From NCBI GenBank assembly GCA_002483105.1, contig DLHG01000011.1, forward strand, positions 190,497 through 254,496: 64,000 nt of DNA. The letters run 5' to 3'. Within the stretch, counting starts at the first letter, position 1; every line of letters starts with the position of its first letter. The notes under the pieces were generated by a model. That model searched no databases. It was not told where the DNA came from and was given only the letters and a program-made list of their open reading frames with translations. Both the position numbers and the translations under genes were made by a program. Positions 47,949 through 55,413 of this stretch are shown in pieces. This stretch comes from Bacteroidetes bacterium UBA7674. Lineage in GTDB: Bacteria; Bacteroidota; Bacteroidia; Chitinophagales; Chitinophagaceae.

Positions 47949-48179
47949 TCAGATCTCGCCGCTGCCGAATTTGCAATATGGTCCGTTAAAGAGATTTGTT
48001 TTTTTTAGTGAATCTTCGGTAATGTGACAGCGAGGTTCTCCATCCTGAAATGAAGGTGCGTATAGGATGCTTCGATGAACTTTATTGTCCTCTTTATCTA
48101 AGCAATTGCATGTGTATCGTTTGTCTTTTTTACAAGAGATGAGTGCCGATGCGGCAAACAGGATCATTAGGTATCTCAT
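47949..48179 (-). CDS. small Cys-containing lipoprotein (paralogue-like of 44515-44751)
   Basis: ORF trimmed to Met29; MRYLMILFAASALISC lipobox then YTCNCL ... PRCH ... PYCKF. Confidence 0.4.
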   Translation of the reverse strand: MRYLMILFAASALISCKKDKRYTCNCLDKEDNKVHRSILYAPSFQDGEPRCHITEDSLKKTNLFNGPYCKFGSGEI

Positions 48180-48354
48180 AAGGGTTGTTTTGTGATATAG
48201 CAGCAATATATATGCCAAAAAACTTATTGTTCGGATAGCCAGAAATTTGCCCTTATGACTCACTATTACGCGCCGGTCAGAGACCGGTTTATCTATTTAG
48301 ACACCGAAGCGCTGCGCTAACTCCTGCGCCAGATGCGAACTAACTTCAAACCCA

Positions 48355-49269
48355 TCACGACAGCGGTTCGGGCTTAGGAGGGCCACCTGCCGGTTTTGAC
48401 CTGTCGTCAGGTAAGGGTATAAATTCTGTGTTATCGTTCGGCGGCAATATTATCCTGCCTTGTTTCCAATCCTCTTTCGCCTGCTCTATACGCTCTTTTC
48501 GTGAGGACACGAAGTTCCACCAAATGTAGCGTTCGCCCAAAGGTTCGCCACCCAAAAGCATCAGTGTAGTAAATTCTTTTGCAACAAGTACAGGGTCTGA
48601 CCCGGTGGTGAAGACGAGCATCTTTCCTGCATCATAGTTCACACCTGACAACTCGATAGATCCTGAAACGATATACAACCCTCTTTCCGAATAATCCTTC
48701 GGCAGCGTAAATGCAGTTCCCTTAGTAAGCGTGACATGCAAATAGAATAAAGGTGAATTTGTCTTTACATCATTGCTTAGGCCATATGCATTTCCCGCTA
48801 TCAACCGCATCCATATGCCTTTATCGGTAAAGACGGGAAGCTGCTCGACAGTGTAATTATTGAAAGATGGGTTGGTTTCTTCGTCCTTCTCGGGTAATGC
48901 TACCCATGTCTGTATCATTTCCAGGCCTCCGGAGAGTGATGAGGGGTTCTCGAACCGCTCGGAGTGGGCAATGCCGCTACCGGCGGTCATCCAGTTCACT
49001 TCGCCGGGTTTTATTATCTGCTCTACGCCCAGGCTATCCCTATGGGTCACCTGCCCGCCAAATAAATAGCTAACGGTAGAAAGGCCGATATGCGGGTGCG
49101 GGAGTACATCGAGCGCGGAGGAAGGTACGGGGATATTGGTGAGCGGCCCAGCGTGATCCATAAAGATGAACGGACCTACCATCCTGCGAAGACGAAACGG
49201 AAGAATACGTTTAACGCTCATAGCCGCACTAATGGTTGCCGTGCGTGCTTCTACCACTATCTCTATCAT
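48355..49269 (-). CDS. pirin family protein
   Basis: 304 aa; HPHIGLSTVSYLFGG ... HRDS ... bicupin pattern. Confidence 0.85.
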   Translation of the reverse strand: MIEIVVEARTATISAAMSVKRILPFRLRRMVGPFIFMDHAGPLTNIPVPSSALDVLPHPHIGLSTVSYLFGGQVTHRDSLGVEQIIKPGEVNWMTAGSGIAHSERFENPSSLSGGLEMIQTWVALPEKDEETNPSFNNYTVEQLPVFTDKGIWMRLIAGNAYGLSNDVKTNSPLFYLHVTLTKGTAFTLPKDYSERGLYIVSGSIELSGVNYDAGKMLVFTTGSDPVLVAKEFTTLMLLGGEPLGERYIWWNFVSSRKERIEQAKEDWKQGRIILPPNDNTEFIPLPDDRSKPAGGPPKPEPLS

Positions 49270-49354
49270 AACGGTTCTATTATGGGTATGTAATATACGC
49301 CATTTCTTAGAGGGTAGTCTGAACCGGGATTTTTGGGAATTGGTTGTGGCTGTT

Positions 49355-49402
49355 GCAAACTGCCATTATTTACTGCCACAAGTGAAAAACACTTGCGGCA
49401 GC
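49355..49402 (+). repeat. repeat module X (hairpin ctgccacaagtg-aaaaa-cacttgcggcag)
   Basis: Copies at 53498-53544 and partial at 51812-51838. Confidence 0.7.
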
Positions 49403-49495
49403 AGTAGGAGGATTTGTAGACGCATTACAAACGCTATTCCCGTGCATCCTCGTTGCAAACGAGGACGAGATGGGTGGGGAGCACTTGCGTGAGTG

Positions 49496-49583
49496 GACAC
49501 CACCCCCCAAAACTCACCGCACCGCTATCGCGGAGGCGTTGAGTTTTGACCCCTCCTCCGAAAGGAGGGGTATCGTGATTGTT
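49496..49583 (+). repeat. repeat module Y (two hairpins: aaaactca.cgcaccgc...gagtttt and cccctcctcc-gaa-aggagggg)
   Basis: About 95 percent identical by eye to 53547-53633; first hairpin also at 46816-46856. Confidence 0.8.
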
Positions 49584-49685
49584 GCGTTCGAATTCGCCAA
49601 TCGGGAGATTATTTCGCTGCGCTTCATGAGAAAAGTTGACTGCGGGGGCAATGTAATCAGAGACTATGCAGAGCCGGGTCTTCTG

Positions 49686-50249
49686 CTACTGCAACATTTT
49701 GTTTATGCCGTCGTAATGTTTCTTACCATAAACAATTAATATCTTCTTCTTATCGGAACTCTTAATGCGGTCTACGATGTTTTCATTTCTTCTGCTGATG
49801 GTTATGTCTTCCAACAGATATTTTTTATGTTCAGCGTCAGCTTTACCGCAGTTGTAAATGTTACTTCCTAGTTTACTATCGTGATCGCACTCGGTTAACT
49901 GCACTACTCCCTTTGCTTTCTCGAATTCAGATATGAGAACGGGCATAGACAGATCGACAGACTCGGAATTGCCTGGTGTGATGCCCAAATCAATATAGTC
50001 CGGTTGGTCAATTAACTTGTATTGCCGGATGTATTCAGAAAAAGGTCTCATTTTGGAGTATTCCACAAAGGGGTCCAGGCCGGTTATCTTTCTGAATTTC
50101 AGATAATTTACCGTGTCCTGTTCTTTTACTACTCTATCACTTTTTCTTAGATATAGTCCTTCATAAAAGACGAAGTAGCCATCCTTTTTGCCAGATGGTA
50201 TCTTGTTTTTTATTTTGGGGGGTGCGAATCTATCTTTGTGCCGAGAGCA
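49686..50249 (-). pseudogene. probable 5-prime-truncated gene (TraB/ChaN/Tiki-like C-terminal part?)
   Basis: Track ORF 49686..50066 starts at GTG, but the frame stays open 61 more codons to 50249 with protein-like sequence (..IPSGKKDGYFVFYEGLYLRKSDRVVKEQDTVNYLKFRKITGLDPF..) and no ATG/GTG/TTG; C-terminal ILIVYGKKHYDGI resembles a GxxH motif. Confidence 0.35.
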
Positions 50250-50278
50250 TCAAAACAATTGATAGATGTTGACAGACT

Positions 50279-50833
50279 ATGTTTAAATTGACAACACACA
50301 TGGTGTCGAGCCTGGATGGCTTTGTCGCGAAGAAGGACAATAGCATTTCCTGGTTTGAAACAAACAGTTATTACGACAAGGGTATTGAACTTTCACGCGA
50401 AGACAGTGAGAAGTTCCTGAGCGAAATAGATTGCTATGTAATGGGAGCAAGAACCTATGAACTTGCCCTGGAGCTTTCAAAAACTCATGGCTGGGCATAC
50501 GGCAATACACCGACTATTGTAATGAGTCATAGCGACCTGCCTATCGACAGGGACAATATAGAACTATATTCAGGCGACCCGGCAAGACTTGTGGATGAGC
50601 GGCTAAAGCCGAACTATAAGCATGTATGGCTGGCAGGCGGACCAATGCTGGCGAGAGACTTTATTCGTTTGAAGTTGGTTGATGAGATAAGGCTTTCTAT
50701 TCTTCCGATCATCCTTGGTGACGGAGTTCCGTTTTTTGATCGTATAGAACAGGAGCAATTATTGGAATTGATAGATGTGACCGCTTACAAAAACGGAATG
50801 GTGGAACTTTGTTACCGGGTGAAAAGGGATTAA
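50279..50833 (+). CDS. dihydrofolate reductase family protein (RibD C-terminal domain type)
   Basis: 184 aa; MVSSLDGFVA ... MGARTYE ... WLAGGPMLA ... LLPIILGDG pattern. Confidence 0.75.
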   Translation: MFKLTTHMVSSLDGFVAKKDNSISWFETNSYYDKGIELSREDSEKFLSEIDCYVMGARTYELALELSKTHGWAYGNTPTIVMSHSDLPIDRDNIELYSGDPARLVDERLKPNYKHVWLAGGPMLARDFIRLKLVDEIRLSILPIILGDGVPFFDRIEQEQLLELIDVTAYKNGMVELCYRVKRD

Positions 50834-50916
50834 CGGTTTACTTGTTTAGACACAGGAGCCACGCCCAACGAAAGTTCTTGGGGCAGACGCTGCGCCAGTG
50901 GGAGCTTTCCCAATGT

Positions 50917-51306
50917 TTAATTTCTTTTGATTGCGGACTCTCTTCTTTTCACCCAAACAACGAATAACGCCAGCAACAATACAAACACATTGATGCCGAT
51001 AGATGATATTTCACCGCGGGAGATGTGAAAGATTGCTGCGGAGATCATCAGTAGCGCTATGCCAACAGCTGCGAAGATGGTCAGCTGTGGCCTGGCTTTT
51101 AGTAAGGAAGGTAGTATGATCCCCAAGCCTCCAAAAATATCGAAAACTCCTGCAACCTTAACTAGTGAAGGGTGCTCGGCTGTCCACGGCCACATCCCGG
51201 CTAAGGTCGCTATGGGCGTGAATAACTTTGTGTATCCGGCCCACAGCAAAGTAATGGCCAATAATCCTTGTACGATCCAGCAGATCACGCTCAATGTCTT
51301 TATCAT
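50917..51306 (-). CDS. DoxX family membrane protein
   Basis: 129 aa, four TM helices, GYTKLF motif. Confidence 0.7.
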   Translation of the reverse strand: MIKTLSVICWIVQGLLAITLLWAGYTKLFTPIATLAGMWPWTAEHPSLVKVAGVFDIFGGLGIILPSLLKARPQLTIFAAVGIALLMISAAIFHISRGEISSIGINVFVLLLALFVVWVKRRESAIKRN

Positions 51307-51423
51307 GGTGAATCCGGTATTTTTAATTTGAATGCAAATCTATTTACATTTACTATCCGATTGATATTACTACCCGTTTGGATAGCGCTATCCGATGGGG
51401 TAGTATCATTAACAGCTTAGCTT

Positions 51424-51762
51424 ATGTTAGAAGAAGGAGGATGCCCTAAGACCATGCTGTCTATCAGTGATGCGCTGGAAGCCCTGGAAGGACGGTGGAA
51501 ATTATTGATACTATTTGCTTTATCAGAAGGGCCTTTGCGTTTTAAGCAGATTTCCCGTGAGGTAGCAGGGATTACTGATAAAACGTTGTCCAAAGAATTG
51601 AAGTCTTTGGAATCCAATTTACTCATTGACCGAAAGGTACACGATACGTTTCCGCCCACAGTGGAATATTCCATAACCGGACATGGCCTGTCGTTGGGCA
51701 ATGTATTAAAGGAACTCCATTATTGGGGATTGCATCACCGGAAAACGGTGCTTGGAAAGTAA
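51424..51762 (+). CDS. HxlR family winged-helix transcriptional regulator
   Basis: 112 aa; CP...L..I.GRWK..IL..L..GPLRF..I ... TL..L..LE ... V...P..VEYS.T pattern; divergent from DoxX as is typical. Confidence 0.85.
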   Translation: MLEEGGCPKTMLSISDALEALEGRWKLLILFALSEGPLRFKQISREVAGITDKTLSKELKSLESNLLIDRKVHDTFPPTVEYSITGHGLSLGNVLKELHYWGLHHRKTVLGK

Positions 51763-51811
51763 GCGAGGATAACGGATGATTGCAAGTCGAAAAGGCTTGC
51801 TGCCGTGCAGG

Positions 51812-51838
51812 CAAAAGTGGAGAACACTTGCGGCAGCG
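51812..51838 (+). repeat. partial repeat module X
   Basis: caaaagtggagaacacttgcggcagcg versus cacaagtgaaaaacacttgcggcagca at 49376-49402. Confidence 0.5.
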
Positions 51839-51842
51839 GGGG

Positions 51843-51946
51843 GTAGAAGCATCGAATGAGCTTTAGCCTAAGTGCTGCCGGGCACAGCCCTTCGTTTTAT
51901 TTGTTTGATTTAAGTTACGCTGACGCTAAACTTAAACCAGTGGGGG
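51843..51946 (+). repeat. repeat module Z (about 104 bp, contains hairpin gatttaagtt-acgctgacgct-aaacttaaacc)
   Basis: Direct copy at 53660-53763, roughly 85 percent identical by eye. Confidence 0.8.
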
Positions 51947-52071
51947 TTGTTGAATTTAATGAGGCATAAGCAGCCCTAAATGCAAGTTAGACTGTGGTTA
52001 GGTCATAGCAATGAAAATGTGGATATCTTATAGCAAAAACATATCCACATTAAGGTACTGATGTTTCGTGA

Positions 52072-52095
52072 GGTTGCTTCGTGCCTCGCAATGAC
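52072..52095 (-). repeat. dispersed repeat GTCATTGCGAGGCACGAAGCAACC (inverted orientation)
   Basis: ggttgcttcgtgcctcgcaatgac is the reverse complement of the 19329/32713 family. Confidence 0.7.
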
Positions 52096-52235
52096 GTGAG
52101 TAGGTTGTATATTGCCCAATCAGGAGATTGACTGCCGCTGCGACGTAGTCAGAGACTACACCGAGCGGAGGGCGGAGACCCGTTTTACTGTTTAGGCACG
52201 GTGACCCTTCGGAACACCCGCACCAGTGGGGTGCA

Positions 52236-52838
52236 TTATCCGTCAGATAAAGCATCAGCATACCCTTTTCTTATCTGAGCTATCCTTCGTCTTTTGTTCG
52301 GGTGAGTTTCACTATCGTAGTCAGAACCAATAATAGACATTGCAGCAGTTGCAGATCGTTCAGACGCGCCTAATTTTTGAAGGATGTATCCGCTCCAATA
52401 GTCTGCTGACAATTCTCTTTGATGAGCATCACCCCTAAAATTACTGATATGATGTCCCAGTTCATGAGCTATGATTGATATTGCAGCCCATCTTGTATCG
52501 CACATTTCATTTACACGACTGCAAAATCCAACATCTACCAATAGTAGCCGTTCTCCACTTGGATACATCCATGCTTCAGCATTGTTTTGGCCAACATACA
52601 CCATTAGCCGTAAATTCATACGTTTACTTACAGCCTCCAGACTACGCCTGACAATTTCCGGTATGCCTGTATCGTCTTTCTGTTTAGATATGATCTCTTC
52701 AACGTCTAAGGACCGGCCATCCGGTGACTTTATTTTCCACCCTCCATTGATCCCATAGCTGCAATTGTGAGTTCTCTGAGCAATCGATACACCTGTAAAG
52801 TGCATGACGATCAGAAGTGTTAGAACTGTTCTAGTCAT
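52236..52838 (-). CDS. secreted zincin-like metallopeptidase (HExxH)
   Basis: 200 aa; signal peptide; IIAHELGHHISN zinc-binding motif followed by RELSADYWSG. Confidence 0.5.
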   Translation of the reverse strand: MTRTVLTLLIVMHFTGVSIAQRTHNCSYGINGGWKIKSPDGRSLDVEEIISKQKDDTGIPEIVRRSLEAVSKRMNLRLMVYVGQNNAEAWMYPSGERLLLVDVGFCSRVNEMCDTRWAAISIIAHELGHHISNFRGDAHQRELSADYWSGYILQKLGASERSATAAMSIIGSDYDSETHPNKRRRIAQIRKGYADALSDG

Positions 52839-52871
52839 AATTCCGGTTTTACTGATGAATGATATTAAGAG

Positions 52872-53309
52872 CTACCTGGCTTGCCAGCCTGTCGCATCTG
52901 TTGGTATTTGCAGTGTGACTTTTTTTCTGCCATTGCCTGCATCTGCTATGTCTTCTTCCAGATCTTCAATTTCATCGACATCCATTTCTGGAGCCTGGCG
53001 ATCATGAATTTGCCTGGTAGGCGCCGGCTTGTGTGTGGGCTGTATACTTGCACATTGGTATGCAATTGTGTTATACCATTGATTTACATAGTTGCATTGC
53101 TGGAAATACCAGTAGTTTAAGTTGTTCAGGCAATAGGCCCAATTAAAGCCACAATAACTTCCGGCGTTGGTATAATAGTGGTAATACATCTGGTTAACCC
53201 CTTGTGCATAATGCTGTAGTTGCATCACCGCATTAGAGCAAGAGGTCTGGGCGGTTGAATTGGAATTCAGTATTAACAGTAGGCTGAAAAATGAAATGAC
53301 CCTTTTCAT
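52872..53309 (-). CDS. hypothetical secreted Cys/Tyr/Trp/Asn-rich protein with acidic tail
   Basis: 145 aa; signal peptide; 6 Cys and many YY/WY pairs; EMDVDEIEDLEEDIAD segment; 33 nt upstream of the metallopeptidase gene. Confidence 0.4.
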   Translation of the reverse strand: MKRVISFFSLLLILNSNSTAQTSCSNAVMQLQHYAQGVNQMYYHYYTNAGSYCGFNWAYCLNNLNYWYFQQCNYVNQWYNTIAYQCASIQPTHKPAPTRQIHDRQAPEMDVDEIEDLEEDIADAGNGRKKVTLQIPTDATGWQAR

Positions 53310-53497
53310 AACTATGATTTTATCGTTTTGAAATATTTACATTTGATAATGTAAACCTAGATCAGCGGATAGTATCAATAGTTATTAAAAAAACGGTTTT
53401 TATATGTGAAAAATACCCTACCAAATATTTGGAGAGTTTTGTACGTGGGCTTTGGGATAGGTATTGATCAAGGGGGGCTGTAGCCCGCCTGGCAGAA

Positions 53498-53544
53498 GCA
53501 AACTGCCATTATTTATTACCACAAGTGAAAAACACGTGCGCGAG
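53498..53544 (+). repeat. repeat module X
   Basis: gcaaactgccattatttattaccacaagtgaaaaacacgtgcg, matches 49355-49397. Confidence 0.7.
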
Positions 53545-53546
53545 TA

Positions 53547-53633
53547 GACACCACCCCCAAAACTCAACGCACCGCTATCGCGGAGGCGTCGAGTTTTGAC
53601 CCCTCCTCCGAAAGGAGGGGTATCGCGATTGTT
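53547..53633 (+). repeat. repeat module Y
   Basis: Matches 49496-49583. Confidence 0.8.
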
Positions 53634-53659
53634 TTGGTTTTGGGCTTGTCGGGAGGTAG

Positions 53660-53763
53660 GTAGTGGCATCGATTGAGCTTCAGGCTAATTGCTAACGAGC
53701 ACAGCCCTGCGTTGTATTTGTTTGGTTTAGGTTACGCTGACGCTAAACTTAAACCAGTGGGGG
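53660..53763 (+). repeat. repeat module Z; also the likely terminator of the minus-strand defence-like operon
   Basis: Matches 51843-51946; ends 2 nt before the stop codon (53765-53767) of the CBS-HEPN gene. Confidence 0.8.
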
Positions 53764-53764
53764 A

Positions 53765-54808
53765 TTATTTGGTTTTTACTTTTAAGGTCGCTGTTATCGT
53801 ATTTAGAAATGAGACAGTTTGGCGCAAAAGATCAAGGTCTTGTGATGTGATTCCGTCGGGATCAAAATGCATAACATCATTTCGTATTTTTCTCACTTCT
53901 TCTAATTGTTTTGCAATAAGTGTCCTGTCAATATTTAACTTTAATTTTTCAAACTTTTTGGGATCTTCAATTATCCTAACATACTGTCCGAATGTTAGGT
54001 CTGCTAGGTTCTTTATCTCCTTAGTTTTCTCAATATTCGACATTGAAGCATTTAGTTCTTCAGCGTCAAATTTTTGATCGAAGAGTTTTCTGATATGATT
54101 TTCAATTTGTTCAATTATTAGAAACGGTTCTGCCATTGCAATAAATTGTTCTCCAATATCAGTGATAGTTACAATGCCACTTATAGTCTTATCTTTCTGT
54201 CTAACAAGAACAACTTCTTTGTCTAATACAAACTTCACTGCGCTGAACAAAGGCTCATCGTAATTTAAAATTATAACCTCGTCTTTACAGTCTACTGCTT
54301 TAACACAATGTTTGCCTAGGGAAATTGCCCTGCCGATTGATTTCCAGCTAACTATTCCATCTACCTCTCGTTGCCCTGATAGTATTGGCAATTGAGAGAA
54401 ATCGTGCAATAACATTAAGGTAATAGCCTCGTTTAAAGATGTTTCACGATTAATGCTTATGAGGCCTGTTCCCAAGCCAGTTTCCTTCACTTTATTGATA
54501 TTCGCTGCCTTTAATAGACTTATTCGGGGAGTCGGATCTCTATCCTCAAATTCACTTTCTTTACTTTTCGTCGATAGCTTTGGGCGAGGTTTTATTTCGA
54601 TTTCTCCATAAAACCATGCACTTGCAATATCTGGCTCGCTTACAACGTCATACTTATTAAGTAGAAAGTTTATTTTGTCAATTACTTTCCACCCACGTCT
54701 AGCAACTCCTAAATATGCAGTTGCTATATAGGGATAAGTCGTAATTGATTTTTTAGTTTTATGAACTTCACTTAATATCTCTTCGAAATTTAGCTTGTTG
54801 TCACTCAT
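53765..54808 (-). CDS. CBS-pair protein with C-terminal HEPN (Rx4H) domain
   Basis: 347 aa; CBS1 LISINRETSLNEAITLMLLHDFSQLPIL...VDGIVS, CBS2 VIILNYDEPLFSAVKFVL...ISGIVTITDI; C-terminal EEVRKIRNDVMHFD, with R309-N-D-V-M-H314 at nt 53867-53884. Confidence 0.65.
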   Translation of the reverse strand: MSDNKLNFEEILSEVHKTKKSITTYPYIATAYLGVARRGWKVIDKINFLLNKYDVVSEPDIASAWFYGEIEIKPRPKLSTKSKESEFEDRDPTPRISLLKAANINKVKETGLGTGLISINRETSLNEAITLMLLHDFSQLPILSGQREVDGIVSWKSIGRAISLGKHCVKAVDCKDEVIILNYDEPLFSAVKFVLDKEVVLVRQKDKTISGIVTITDIGEQFIAMAEPFLIIEQIENHIRKLFDQKFDAEELNASMSNIEKTKEIKNLADLTFGQYVRIIEDPKKFEKLKLNIDRTLIAKQLEEVRKIRNDVMHFDPDGITSQDLDLLRQTVSFLNTITATLKVKTK

Positions 54809-54843
54809 AGAGATTTTATAAAAACAGGTTTTGGGAACTAGTA

Positions 54844-55413
54844 TTATATATTTGCTGAAACAAACTCATATAATCCTGAAAATGACTTACACTTTGTTTT
54901 TACTGTATTTAGGTTTAAGTTCTTAGCAAGCACCGTATTATGCTTTGTATTAATGTACACTTTGGAATTATCTGAAAAGGTTCTAATAAGTCGTCCTAAA
55001 GTTTCTTTTGGGGAATCTATTGTTTCGGGATTCCCAGTGATTTTGGGACTTTTTTTAAGGTTAAATGATTTTTTGATGGAAGCTGGGTCAGCCAGTATCC
55101 AAGCTTCCATCTCCTGTATAGGAATGCATATGTAGGAATGTCTGATCGGATTAGGTTTTATATTTTTTTCAAGTAATAGTTTCAGATCCTGGATATTATT
55201 GCTGTCGAGGTCATGAATTAATATTAAAACGTTACATCCTCTTAGTTGTAATTGTTTTGCCCAATCTGAACATTTTCTTTTGATTTTCCCGCAACCTCTA
55301 CCTACAAATCTTTTATAACTAAGATTAGACTTGCCAGTAATTCTCGCGATAAGCTCTTTTAGTGTATCTACGTCACTTTCATCTTCAGCGATAATGCCTA
55401 TTTTTTTACTCAT
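54844..55413 (-). CDS. DUF4276-like, TOPRIM-fold-like protein
   Basis: ORF trimmed to Met12 (ATG 55411-55413), 189 aa; IGIIAEDESD (Glu), NVLILIHDLDSN (DxD), IPIQEMEAWILAD; start overlaps the ATPase stop (ATGAGTAA). Confidence 0.6.
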   Translation of the reverse strand: MSKKIGIIAEDESDVDTLKELIARITGKSNLSYKRFVGRGCGKIKRKCSDWAKQLQLRGCNVLILIHDLDSNNIQDLKLLLEKNIKPNPIRHSYICIPIQEMEAWILADPASIKKSFNLKKSPKITGNPETIDSPKETLGRLIRTFSDNSKVYINTKHNTVLAKNLNLNTVKTKCKSFSGLYEFVSANI

